Source of the DNA: a virus
Taxonomy: Duplodnaviria; Caudoviricetes
IMG/VR virus record: IMGVR_UViG_3300032157_000010
Location: 1-58,013 of that record
Length of the DNA: 58,013 nucleotides
Direction: 5' to 3' (one strand)
This document shows, piece after piece, positions 45,532 to 54,623 of the stretch. Under the pieces are notes generated by a model, which worked only from the letters and a program-made list of their open reading frames with translations, was not told the DNA's origin and searched no databases. Every line of letters begins with the position of its first letter. Within the stretch, counting starts at the first letter, position 1. Made by a program: the position numbers and the translations under genes.

Positions 45532-45836
45532 TACGCCCAGGCTCCTGCTGACTTGGCCGCCGGCTCAGCACGTTCCCCGATCGCAATCCGGAACGCACCG
45601 TCTTCCCAGATGACACGAGTTCCAGCCGGCAAGCGCCTCGATTCCCGCCGACCCTTGGCGTCTTCCCAGGAAATCACGATCCCGGCCGGACTTGCATCGA
45701 CCTGCGGGTTTCTCCCCGATGGGATCACCCGGGCATTGAGGCTGCCCTCGCGGATTTCCTTGTCGGTGGTGCCGCGCTTCTTTCTGCCGCTGGAATAGAT
45801 CACCGAACTGTCGGTGCCGATGGTGCTCCACCTCAT
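45531..45836 (-). CDS. Hypothetical protein
   Basis: ATGA-coupled. Confidence 0.55.
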   Translation of the reverse strand: MRWSTIGTDSSVIYSSGRKKRGTTDKEIREGSLNARVIPSGRNPQVDASPAGIVISWEDAKGRRESRRLPAGTRVIWEDGAFRIAIGERAEPAAKSAGAWA

Positions 45837-46549
45837 ATTTCGGCCTTCACCGCGATGGCATATTCGCGATTTTCCTTCAGCTTCACCCTCTCCACCACAT
45901 AGTCTTCCGGGAGGCAGGCCAGCACCGCATCGGCGACCGGGGGAAGGTGGAAATCGTCGAACAGGATCAGGTCACCTTCCCTCTGCCGGGGAACGATCAT
46001 CGTGATGTCGGCCTTCACCCCCTCGAATGTGTGCGCCCCGTCCACGAACGCAAAGGAGATCCGCCGCGGCGAGAGCACGAAATGGGCGTCATCACCAACC
46101 TGGGTGAAGGCGATCATGCACGCCGGCGGCAGGAACGGGCGCACATAGCCCCAGATGTTCTCGACCTGGCCATCCATCACCGAATTGCGCGGCTCGGCCG
46201 AATTGGGATCGATGATGTCGCGCGACCAGATCGAAGTGTGCGCCATGCCGGCATCCCAGCAGGCATGGGCCATGCACACCGTGGCAAAGCCCTTGGCCGT
46301 CCCACTCTCGAAGAGCATGTCCACAGAGCCCATAGCGAGCCGGTGGCGGGCGAGAGCGTAGACGACGCGGCCATGTTGCCAGTTGGGCGGATTGCGCTTC
46401 AGCGGGCACGCTAGCACCCTTGCGGCGCTCTCCAGCAATTCCCGGTCGATCGCATAGCCATAGCGGGTTTCAAGGGCATCGATGACGGGATAGGTGTTCT
46501 TTCTCTCGGCCTCGAAGGCGGCGGCGTAGGCTTCAGGCGTCCTACTCAT
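45833..46549 (-). CDS. Class I SAM methyltransferase (Methyltransf_24-like)
   Basis: ESGTAKG, FVDGAH..EGV..D, ILFDD. Confidence 0.8.
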   Translation of the reverse strand: MSRTPEAYAAAFEAERKNTYPVIDALETRYGYAIDRELLESAARVLACPLKRNPPNWQHGRVVYALARHRLAMGSVDMLFESGTAKGFATVCMAHACWDAGMAHTSIWSRDIIDPNSAEPRNSVMDGQVENIWGYVRPFLPPACMIAFTQVGDDAHFVLSPRRISFAFVDGAHTFEGVKADITMIVPRQREGDLILFDDFHLPPVADAVLACLPEDYVVERVKLKENREYAIAVKAEI

Positions 46550-46889
46550 AGCGGTGCCCTGCCTGGAAAGCCCTGGCGTCTTCGACGGCTTGCTGCAGTC
46601 TCTTCGACTGCTCCAGCGCGATGCGGCGCCGGGCGACGCCATCGGGATCGGCGCCGGCGATGATCTGGATCACCTGGTCGGCGGGGGACATTGCGTTGAA
46701 CTCGTCGCGGCGGAGTTCGTCTATTGCAGCCGGGCAAAGATGCATCGGCGAGCAGGTGCAATGCGGATAGGCGCAGACGGCGACGGCCGCCACTTCCTCG
46801 ATCTCGATTCCCTGCCGGGTCTCGGAGACTTTCGCGACAACCCTTTCCTTACGCACAAACCGTTTGAACGGACGCTTGATCGGCATCAC
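46542..46889 (-). CDS. Hypothetical protein
   Basis: GGAGG RBS; coupled. Confidence 0.55.
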   Translation of the reverse strand: MMPIKRPFKRFVRKERVVAKVSETRQGIEIEEVAAVAVCAYPHCTCSPMHLCPAAIDELRRDEFNAMSPADQVIQIIAGADPDGVARRRIALEQSKRLQQAVEDARAFQAGHRYE

Positions 46890-47113
46890 TCCACCTCCTC
46901 ATAGGTGGCGCGGAAAATGTCGTCCTTGCAGGGATAGAAGCGACCGTCCTTCGGCTCAGGCAAAATCCAATCACCCTCAGCGAGATATGCCCGCTGCTCA
47001 TGAATGGTGACCACGTAGTAGCCGCGCGCGTCACGCGAAACGCCGTCATGCGCATCCCCGCCGAACCATTGCTCAGCCTCTATGACGACCGGCTTTTTGC
47101 GAAACTTTGGCAT
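46886..47113 (-). CDS. Conserved phage protein of the 'RKKPVVIEA' family
   Basis: FRKKPVVIEA.Q...GDWI...YPCK.DIF..TYE; GGGAG RBS. Confidence 0.8.
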   Translation of the reverse strand: MPKFRKKPVVIEAEQWFGGDAHDGVSRDARGYYVVTIHEQRAYLAEGDWILPEPKDGRFYPCKDDIFRATYEEVE

Positions 47114-47124
47114 ATCTCCCTCCC

Positions 47125-47778
47125 TCAAAAACCAGGAGGAGCACCCAGCAAATCGCGCGTCCATCCCGAAAGGGAATAGGTGCCGATGCGCGAATCCTTG
47201 TCAAGCTCGATTGCCTTGCGGAAGTTCTTTACCGTCTTGGTGTTTCGCTGCCACCACGGCGCCGGCTGGCCATTTGCATAACGCTGAGTATCGATCGGCA
47301 CGCCGCACAGGATCACTTCGCGAAACCCCATGGCCTTGGCGAGCAGCACCGCCCCCCAGCCGGAGGAGCCCTTGCTCATCACATTGGGCCACCAGTGGTC
47401 AACCCATCTGTAGTTGCGGGTATTGTGGCCCAGCCATTCCGGCTTGCCCGGCGCATGCACCGTGAAATCATCGCCGAAGGCATCGCACTGCGCCGCAACC
47501 CATTTGCCAAGGTGCTCCCGGTCGAAATGCTGGCTGTAGAGCGCAAAGGCTTTCACATGGCCGGCGGCCGCGTTCACTGCAATCGTCGGAAGGTCCGGCC
47601 GCACCGCAGCCAGGGCCGCGAGGTCGTCGAACAGCGTCGCCCCGAAGCCGGCGACGACGCATGTCCCGGAATAGCGCGGGCAGCCGGGGGAAGCCTCCAG
47701 CGCCCAGCTGCTACTCTGGGGAAGCCTGACCCTGCCGTCCCAGTTTAGCTGCTGCACGTCGCGCGCGCTGTTGGGCAT
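47125..47778 (-). CDS. Maf/MptE-like (sialyltransferase-related fold) protein
   Basis: VVAG.G, IAVN, SSG..AV..A..MGF.EVILCGV. Confidence 0.65.
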   Translation of the reverse strand: MPNSARDVQQLNWDGRVRLPQSSSWALEASPGCPRYSGTCVVAGFGATLFDDLAALAAVRPDLPTIAVNAAAGHVKAFALYSQHFDREHLGKWVAAQCDAFGDDFTVHAPGKPEWLGHNTRNYRWVDHWWPNVMSKGSSGWGAVLLAKAMGFREVILCGVPIDTQRYANGQPAPWWQRNTKTVKNFRKAIELDKDSRIGTYSLSGWTRDLLGAPPGF

Positions 47779-48253
47779 TTAGCTTCTCTCGGTTCTTCTC
47801 GCGATGCTGCGCGCGGTTGCGTCGATCCCACTCGCGACGGGAAGCGTCGTAGCAGATTTTGCACTGCTTCCGGCCGTCCTTGTGCACGTGCAAATTTGGA
47901 TGCTCAAGCGGGTGGCCTTGCGGGCAATGTGTCTTGGCGAGCTGCCATTGAGCGCAACGCGGAAGCTGCTTCGCGCCCCATTTTCCGGTCGTCATGTTCT
48001 CTTGATGCGTGCACACCAGAAGATGATCCGGGTTGACGCAACGCTTCACCTCGCACTGGTGATGGATCGACATCCCCTCCGGGATCGGCCCCCGCGCGAG
48101 CTCGTAGCTGATGCGGTGCGCCCGGTTGTTGGAGCAACCATTCCAGAACTGGCCATAGCCCCGGCCATCCAGGCTCGCAGTCCAGAGCCAGCATTCATCA
48201 TCCTTGCCCTTCTGAACTTTCGCCCAGAAAAGCGCTTCTCTTTGCTCGTCCAT
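47711..48253 (-). CDS. HNH endonuclease with Zn-binding domain
   Basis: FW.KV, CWLW, AHR.SYE, CVNP.HL, THCPQGH. Confidence 0.9.
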   Translation of the reverse strand: MDEQREALFWAKVQKGKDDECWLWTASLDGRGYGQFWNGCSNNRAHRISYELARGPIPEGMSIHHQCEVKRCVNPDHLLVCTHQENMTTGKWGAKQLPRCAQWQLAKTHCPQGHPLEHPNLHVHKDGRKQCKICYDASRREWDRRNRAQHREKNREKLNAQQRARRAAAKLGRQGQASPE

Positions 48254-48333
48254 AAGATCATCCTTGCAGAAATGGATGAGGCACAGTAGTGCCCCACCCA
48301 TCCTTCTGCAAGAAAAATACTACGGACGTGTAC

Positions 48334-48699
48334 TCATGGCAACGAATACTCAGCCGATTGGTTCCAGAGACCAGGCGTGACGTTGATGGTGGCGGAAGCG
48401 CCGACATCACCGACGATCATTACTTCATTTACGTCGCTGATGTTCAGCAGATCCTGGCTGATCGGCCGGGAATCGCTCAGCGTGTCGACGTGGTAGATCG
48501 TGATCTTGTCGCCGGGCTGGCAGGTTGCCTTGAAGCCGGCCTCAGTGAAGTAGCCGGCTGTTTCGACCACGCCGATCGCATCGGTCGTGACGTAGCGCCA
48601 TTCGCGCTGACCGTTGCCGTAGTAATCGGCCAGCCACAGGTACTTCTTGGTGCCGTAGTAGTTCGACGTGGTGTCCGTCGCTGCTGCTTTGAAAGCCAT
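48334..48699 (-). CDS. Putative capsid decoration protein
   Basis: Y.TTD....V...GYF, GD.I; just downstream of the MCP. Confidence 0.6.
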   Translation of the reverse strand: MAFKAAATDTTSNYYGTKKYLWLADYYGNGQREWRYVTTDAIGVVETAGYFTEAGFKATCQPGDKITIYHVDTLSDSRPISQDLLNISDVNEVMIVGDVGASATINVTPGLWNQSAEYSLP

Positions 48700-48728
48700 G
48701 TCTGCTTTCTCCTATAGTCTTGATGATG

Positions 48729-49076
48729 TCAAGTGACGATCAGGTAGAGGGTTCTGTCGGCGCCTTGGTTGACGGGCGTTCCGCTATTCGCGGACACAAC
48801 CTGAAGCCAGCGAATCCCCTTCCAATACTCTGCGAGAGTGTGGACGGAGATATATTCGTTGGCTGCGACCGAGCCGCCCGTGCTTGGGAAATTGCCCGGC
48901 AGATCCCGGATTGGGCCGAACGTCACGCCATCGTAAGATGCGCGAAACGACAGGCCCGCACTCGTCCATGAACTGGGCATCTGAATTGCTGTCAGAACGC
49001 CCCAGCCCAGGTCAACGGGATCCGAAAGGCTCTGCCCGTTCGGAATGGTTGCCTCGATAACCTCTACTCTTGCCAT
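48729..49076 (-). CDS. Putative capsid-associated beta-sandwich protein
   Basis: SLS..VDL, MPS.WTSA.L.F.AS.DG.TF; immediately after the MCP. Confidence 0.6.
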   Translation of the reverse strand: MARVEVIEATIPNGQSLSDPVDLGWGVLTAIQMPSSWTSAGLSFRASYDGVTFGPIRDLPGNFPSTGGSVAANEYISVHTLAEYWKGIRWLQVVSANSGTPVNQGADRTLYLIVT

Positions 49077-49092
49077 TCACTCAAACTCCAGA

Positions 49093-49980
49093 TTACGTGG
49101 TGGGGATAGCGGTCGTGTCGTTGTAGGTGAACTTGATCACCGCATCTTCGATCAGACAGGCGCCGCCCGACATCCAGTTGTTCACGAAATGCGCAGCGCG
49201 CTCGGGAACATAGTCGATCTTGGCGGAGACGCTGTCGTTCTCGGCCTTGTTCATGGCATGGGCGCCAGTGGCGTAGCCAATGGCCTGCTTGTGCCAGACA
49301 TAGCCTGCGACGCTGGACGTGCCGAAGCCGGACAGGCCGGTGTGCATCATCCAGTTGACGCCGAGCCAGGACTTCATCTTGCCGCCAGTCGGAATGCCGT
49401 TGGTGAAGATGCGGCCAGAAGCGTCCACCCAGTCCGAAGATGCGAACTGGTCGACCAGACCAAGGCGTGCCCACTGCATCGGGGTTACGACGGCGAACAC
49501 CTGGCCGTCATTGGGGACATCGAGAGCAAAGATCGACTTGACGACCGTCAGGGCGCTGGCGAAAATGTTGGCCTTGCTGGTCACATCCCAAGTCACGGAC
49601 GAGTTGGCCGTCGTGGCCAGCGCCGTCAGGATCTGGTCGTCGACCTTGCGTCCCAGCGCCCAGGCGCCGCCGCGGGCGATGACCATACGCTCGTCGATAT
49701 TGGTCTTGGCCTCATCGAGGTTGTCGACATAATCGGCGGCGTAGAAGTCTTCGAGCAGGCACTCGATCGCGGTGTGGTCCTGGTTCATCGGGGTGATGAC
49801 ACCATGACGCGCCTTGGTCGTGGCGACGCCCTTGCCAGCACGCTGGAAGGTGGTGGACTTGCCGACAATGCCGGTCTTCAGGCGCACTGCCGGGCGCAGA
49901 TAGCCGCCTTCACGCTGGAAGACGTCTTTGACGTCCGCCTCATATTGGCGGATGAATGAATTAGGGATCTGGTCAGCCAT
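49093..49980 (-). CDS. Major capsid protein (BPP-1/T7-like)
   Basis: AAGGAGG RBS; FI.QYE..V...FQ..G..LR, ALGRK.D..I, WLG..W. Confidence 0.9.
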   Translation of the reverse strand: MADQIPNSFIRQYEADVKDVFQREGGYLRPAVRLKTGIVGKSTTFQRAGKGVATTKARHGVITPMNQDHTAIECLLEDFYAADYVDNLDEAKTNIDERMVIARGGAWALGRKVDDQILTALATTANSSVTWDVTSKANIFASALTVVKSIFALDVPNDGQVFAVVTPMQWARLGLVDQFASSDWVDASGRIFTNGIPTGGKMKSWLGVNWMMHTGLSGFGTSSVAGYVWHKQAIGYATGAHAMNKAENDSVSAKIDYVPERAAHFVNNWMSGGACLIEDAVIKFTYNDTTAIPTT

Positions 49981-50169
49981 CTGGCTGCCTCCTTGATGTG
50001 ATGATTGCTGTTTGGGGGGAGCCCAATTGCAGTCATCGGCGCGCAATCACCTTGGAATGGCCTGCCTTTCGGGAGGCTGGGCCAAGATCATCACGGGCTG
50101 TTCTGCGGCGGGCGGGGTACGCGGGTATGCTGGCCGGGCTTATCTTGCGACAGGGAGCGGCCGAAGACT

Positions 50170-50256
50170 TGAAAATCGTTAGGCTGAAGCCTATAATTAT
50201 GCGGTGCGGCTAGGGTAGCTCCCGAACGCCGTTCAACCATCACGGTTGCCGCACAC
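50170..50256 (+). promoter_or_regulatory. Sigma70 promoter plus structured leader (c4-RNA-like) of an HNH gene
   Basis: TTGAAA-N17-TATAAT, then gtgcggctagggtagctcccgaa...ttgccgcac. Confidence 0.65.
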
Positions 50257-50286
50257 TCATCAGATGGTCATTTCGGGATGGTCGAA

Positions 50287-50934
50287 ATGCACAGTCGAAA
50301 GTGGGTTGATCTCACTGGCCACATCTATGGCCGCCTCACAGTTCTCTGCCTTGTTCGAAAAGAGAAACACTACTCGCGCTGGCTTTGCCGTTGCGAGTGC
50401 GGCAGATATCGGACCTACGTCTCTACGAATCTGAGGCGCGGGCTCGTACGCGATTGCGGATGCAATCGGGGCGCTCTCATTTCAAAGAAAATGAAGCGTC
50501 ATGGCCTGACCAAGACACCCCTGTATGTCATTTGGACAGGGATGATGGATCGCTGCTTCAACCCCAAGAATTACTCTTTCAGCCACTACGGCGGTCGAGG
50601 CATCACCGTCTGTGAACGCTGGCAAACCTTGGACAATTTTATCAGCGACATGGGGCCGCGCCCCGAAGGCATGTCCATTGACCGCATCAACAATGACGGC
50701 CCGTATTCTCCTGAGAATTGCCGCTGGGCTACGAACAAAGAGCAAGGGCGCAATCGGAGAGACAACCGGAACGTCACTATCGACGGGCGGACGCTGACCG
50801 TAACTGGGTGGGCAGAGGTGATGGGGATTAAGTACCCCACCGTAAGGCAGCGCCTGCGGAAGGGCTGGAGCGTCGAGAAGGCTTTGACCCTTCCAGCGCA
50901 GCCGAGGCGAAAGCGGCTTCCCTCGCCAGATTGA
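50287..50934 (+). CDS. HNH homing endonuclease-like protein (paralog of 1015-1635), antisense in the head operon
   Basis: DLTG..YGRL, CRCECG, YGGRGI.VC.RW, SIDRINNDGPYSPENCRWAT. Confidence 0.9.
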   Translation: MHSRKWVDLTGHIYGRLTVLCLVRKEKHYSRWLCRCECGRYRTYVSTNLRRGLVRDCGCNRGALISKKMKRHGLTKTPLYVIWTGMMDRCFNPKNYSFSHYGGRGITVCERWQTLDNFISDMGPRPEGMSIDRINNDGPYSPENCRWATNKEQGRNRRDNRNVTIDGRTLTVTGWAEVMGIKYPTVRQRLRKGWSVEKALTLPAQPRRKRLPSPD

Positions 50935-51166
50935 GTGCTATCATGTGCTTGTGCGTCTCTATGATTTCGGCGAGGCACTGCTCAAATGTGTCCCCGCGAG
51001 CCCGGCTCAATTTTATTTGCAGGGGATCGACCGGATAGCCTTGGGCGAGGATCTCCCGGTCTTCGTCGGCTAGACTTTCGAGCGCTTCGGCGACGAGGCG
51101 CTTATACTCGCCCTCGTGGGACGCGATGCAGGCCTTCACGAGGGCGTTGAACACAGACTGGTCCAT
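50828..51166 (-). CDS. Hypothetical protein
   Basis: GGAG RBS; 3' end overlaps the convergent HNH gene. Confidence 0.45.
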   Translation of the reverse strand: MDQSVFNALVKACIASHEGEYKRLVAEALESLADEDREILAQGYPVDPLQIKLSRARGDTFEQCLAEIIETHKHMIALNLAREAAFASAALEGSKPSRRSSPSAGAALRWGT

Positions 51167-51249
51167 CGGCGGGTGGTCTCCGGTCCATACGCAGGAACGC
51201 TACAACTCAAGGGAATTATGTTTTAAAAACACTATTCCTTCTGGTTGCA

Positions 51250-52161
51250 TCAGTCGTCGAGCATCGAGAACAGCCGCTGCAATTCGTCCTGCACCTTCTT
51301 GGACTTGTAGCCGTCCGAGCCGGCGGGGTGCTCGCGGTAGATCTCCTGGATGCGGGCCCGGGCGTTCTCGCGCTCGTCCTTGGTGACGAACAGGTTGGTG
51401 CCGCCGGGCTGGGCCTCGCCGCCGCGCAGGCCCAGCTTGGCCAGCGTTGCGATGAAGACGGGATGGTCGCCGAGCGGGATCTTGTGCTGGCCATAGACAA
51501 CGGTTGCGCCGAGCAGGTCGTCGATATTGGGGATCTCCAGCCTGTGAAGGAGGTCGCGGCCGGCATTCAGATGCATTTCGAGGTCTTTGCCGTATTCGCG
51601 CTTGAGCTCGGCCTCGCCGGCGCGGCGGCCTTCGGCGATCTCGTCCGCTTCCGCCTGGAATGCGGCCGCCTCCATCGCCAGATAGGTCTCGGCAAGGGCG
51701 CCGAACTCGGATTTGCGCACGCCGGCCTCGAGCGCCTTGGCCTTGAACTGGTCGAGCACGGCTTTGGTGGTCTCGGGCACCTCATAGCCCTCGGGCGCCT
51801 TGACCTCATATTCCTCCGGCTTGGACGGCACGCCGATGGCGCGGTTGAAGGAGGCGATATCTTCCGGGGTCGCATCCTTGCCCGGCAGCTTGATGCGGGT
51901 GGACAGGTCCTTGCGCTGCTTCAGGGTGACGTCGATGACGTCGTCGAAATCCTTGAAGCGCGAGGCCATGTCGCGCTTGCCCTCATCGGTGAGGGAGGCG
52001 ACCCAGTCCTTGTAGGAGGCATTCAGCGCGGCGCGGTCGAAACTGGGAGCATCGGCCGGGGCCGGGCTTGGGGCCGGATCCGCAGCGGGCGCAGGAGGAT
52101 TATCAACGTCGCCGCCAAGAGCTTCAGAAACGGGGGCAGGGGTGTCATTGAGTTCGGTCAT
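51250..52161 (-). CDS. Capsid scaffolding protein
   Basis: Pro/Ala N-terminus, G.P.KPEEY, L..EYG...; lies between portal and MCP. Confidence 0.8.
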   Translation of the reverse strand: MTELNDTPAPVSEALGGDVDNPPAPAADPAPSPAPADAPSFDRAALNASYKDWVASLTDEGKRDMASRFKDFDDVIDVTLKQRKDLSTRIKLPGKDATPEDIASFNRAIGVPSKPEEYEVKAPEGYEVPETTKAVLDQFKAKALEAGVRKSEFGALAETYLAMEAAAFQAEADEIAEGRRAGEAELKREYGKDLEMHLNAGRDLLHRLEIPNIDDLLGATVVYGQHKIPLGDHPVFIATLAKLGLRGGEAQPGGTNLFVTKDERENARARIQEIYREHPAGSDGYKSKKVQDELQRLFSMLDD

Positions 52162-52455
52162 CAGTGCTGGTCCCTTGGATCGTAATCGGTCTCGGGTTTC
52201 TCAGTCTCGATCACGCGCTTACCAGAGAGACGGATGAGGATTTCGCCCCAGGCCCATCTGAGGGCCTCGTTGAACCAGAGATGCTCAGATGCAAGCATGC
52301 CTGGCATCACCGGTGGCGGGGTGAGGATGTCGGAGATGAGAGAAAGCGTTCTGGCGCCATGCGTGGTGCCGAAAGTCAATCGGAAGTCCTCATATTCATT
52401 GCGCGGCGTATAGGGGCCGTCGGGGCGGACCTCGATATCCTTGAGGTCATGCAGG
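52161..52455 (-). CDS. Bbp19-like head protein (start uncertain)
   Basis: DFR.TF.T.HG.R.L..I, FNE..R; no in-frame ATG near the portal end. Confidence 0.6.
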
Positions 52456-54219
52456 AGCCCCTGCAGCTCCTGAAGGCAGCGCGCCCAATTGGCTGAGCGC
52501 AGCGCCGATTCCTCCTCCAGAGATCTGATCGGCTTCGGCGAGGTTTTTGATGCCGGCTCCGACCGGGGCCGCGGACTTGGCCGCTTCCGCTGCAAAAGCG
52601 GCTTCTTGCTGTTTGGCGCGCTGTTCACGGGCAGCATCCACTTCCTGCTTGGGTTTGAGCCAGCTTTCCGGGAAGGCGCCGGCCTGGGGCAGGTCGCGCA
52701 CGATCTCGTCGGGCTCCAGATTGTCGCCGACCGCCTGGGCAAATTCGGGCGAAGCCTGCATCAACGGCATCAGCATCTCCATCGAGCGGCCGAACGAGGC
52801 CATCTCGACCTGCTTGCGCGCCTGCTGGATCGGCGAGAGATATTCGAACTGCACCCGGACATCCCGGTCGCCGACATCAGGGAAAGGCGCGATCGCGCCG
52901 GGAATGCGCGACATCACCGCGAACACCCGCTCCACCACCTTGGCGATGTAATCGGTCTCGAGCCGCCCGAACACCGGGCCGATGGTGCGCAAAAACTCTT
53001 CCTTGCGCTCCAGCACCTCGGTCGCCGTCATCTGCCGGCCGGCGACGGGAAGGTTGAAGACATGCTTGAAGAACGCCGCCTCCACCTGGTAGCGGACGGC
53101 CTGCTGCATATCCAGGCCAATGGGCATGTTCTTGCCCATTTCCAGCACCCCGATCGGCTCTCTTGCGCCGAGCTGGGCCGCCATCGCCGCCGAGAAGGTG
53201 ACATGGCCGCCGGGCCTTGTGCGAATCGGGGAATGCGCCGCGTCCGAATAGCTCCAGGTCGGCGGATCGACCGCCTTCTGGCCGGCCACCAGCAGCGTCT
53301 TGCCCATCGCCTGCAAGGTCTTGGCATCGGGCAAAGCCATCATGCCGGGCGAGCGGCCGTAGATCTCGACCGGGCTCGTGTCCCAGCGCGGCACCTGATA
53401 GGGGAATTCCTCAAAGCCGCCCTCTTCCATCACACGGGCATGGGTGACGTCGAGCCAGATCGCGCCGAACGGCTTGCCGCGGTGATCGATGCGGCCGGCC
53501 TCATAGTCGGCATTGGGCAGAGTGAGCTGGACGAAGGGGAATTCCTGGTGGCATTTGCCGGGATCGTGGATCGCCTTGACCAGATCGGGATGCAGCTTGT
53601 CCTCGCCCCAGATCCGGGCAGCTTCCCCCGGCTTGAAGGTCTCGATGCAGCCGAACCGGTTGACGACGCCTTCCTCATCCTCATCGATCGCGATGCGCGA
53701 CAGATGATAGGACCGGAAGATCAGGCCGTCCTTCTTGCGGTTGAGCCCGGTGAACATCGCGCCGGTGCCGAATACGACCAGGCTTTCATCCACCTCGCCC
53801 GAGCGCTGCACGAAGCGCGCATTGGGGGCATAGATCGCCCGGCGCATGCGCTCGGTGGTGTCGTCCAGCCAGCGCTTGACCTCATCGAGTTCGGCCAGGT
53901 CCGCATCCGACACCGTCATCCAGAACCATCTGGCGGTTTTCGGCTTGACCAGCCCGTCGATGGTGGTAGCAAGCCCTCTGGCCGCCTGGCGCGGCGCGGT
54001 ATCGTAGATCCGGCGCGAGCGGCGCTCGGCCGGCGCATGGCCGGCGGTGAAGTCCGCCTTGTTCGGGAGCAGGACGTCGCCGAGCTCCTGCCAGTAATCG
54101 TCCCAGCCCGAGCGCCTGGCTTGCATGCGCTTCCAATGGTCCAGGAAGGTCTCGGCCTTCTTCTGCTCGTCACGCGGCTGGGCGTGGCGCAGATAGGCCG
54201 CATTCACCGGGGCGTTCAT
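52447..54219 (-). CDS. Portal (head-tail connector) protein
   Basis: WQEL....LP, FGTG, PRW....E.YGRSP.M.AL.D, MTATEV..R.EE....GPV.GRL. Confidence 0.95.
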   Translation of the reverse strand: MNAPVNAAYLRHAQPRDEQKKAETFLDHWKRMQARRSGWDDYWQELGDVLLPNKADFTAGHAPAERRSRRIYDTAPRQAARGLATTIDGLVKPKTARWFWMTVSDADLAELDEVKRWLDDTTERMRRAIYAPNARFVQRSGEVDESLVVFGTGAMFTGLNRKKDGLIFRSYHLSRIAIDEDEEGVVNRFGCIETFKPGEAARIWGEDKLHPDLVKAIHDPGKCHQEFPFVQLTLPNADYEAGRIDHRGKPFGAIWLDVTHARVMEEGGFEEFPYQVPRWDTSPVEIYGRSPGMMALPDAKTLQAMGKTLLVAGQKAVDPPTWSYSDAAHSPIRTRPGGHVTFSAAMAAQLGAREPIGVLEMGKNMPIGLDMQQAVRYQVEAAFFKHVFNLPVAGRQMTATEVLERKEEFLRTIGPVFGRLETDYIAKVVERVFAVMSRIPGAIAPFPDVGDRDVRVQFEYLSPIQQARKQVEMASFGRSMEMLMPLMQASPEFAQAVGDNLEPDEIVRDLPQAGAFPESWLKPKQEVDAAREQRAKQQEAAFAAEAAKSAAPVGAGIKNLAEADQISGGGIGAALSQLGALPSGAAGAPA

Positions 54220-54221
54220 GC

Positions 54222-54455
54222 TTAAGCCGCCTGGCTGTAGCCGGAGGCGGGATTGCTCGTCCCCTGGCGGCCAAGCAGCGTCGAGGCCCCCGGCGTGCGG
54301 GGACGGCCAAGGCTGAGCGCGGTGTCGGCGAGGCCAAAGCGGTTCTTGATGCCCTCCGCCTTGTTGCGCGACTCCAGCGCCTTGGTGTCGACCGTGGGCG
54401 CCGGCGGTGCCGGCTTGGGCGGCTCAGGCTTGGCAGGCTTGGAAAACAGGCCCAT
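54222..54455 (-). CDS. Small pre-portal virion protein
   Basis: MGLFSKP.KP.PP...TLLG. Confidence 0.7.
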   Translation of the reverse strand: MGLFSKPAKPEPPKPAPPAPTVDTKALESRNKAEGIKNRFGLADTALSLGRPRTPGASTLLGRQGTSNPASGYSQAA

Positions 54456-54520
54456 GGGTTGGGTCTCCAAAGAAAAAGCCGCCCGGCGTCCCGTGGCGGC
54501 TTGATTTCAGGTGAATTGTG

Positions 54521-54623
54521 TCCCGGCCTTCTATAACCCAGGCGGCCGGGGACCTGTCACGGGGACGCTGCTTTTCCAGCGCAGTTATTCAATCCCGGCC
54601 TTTCATAGCCAAGGCGGCCGGGG
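54521..54623. repeat. Two tandem related hairpins
   Basis: tcccggcctt-ctataacccaggc-ggccggg and tcccggcctt-tcatagccaaggc-ggccggg. Confidence 0.8.

Noticed and set aside
40816-48253. HNH genes as group I intron-encoded ORFs
   Set aside because: The flanking genes look intact, and the HNH ORFs overlap their neighbours directly, leaving no room for intron core structure.
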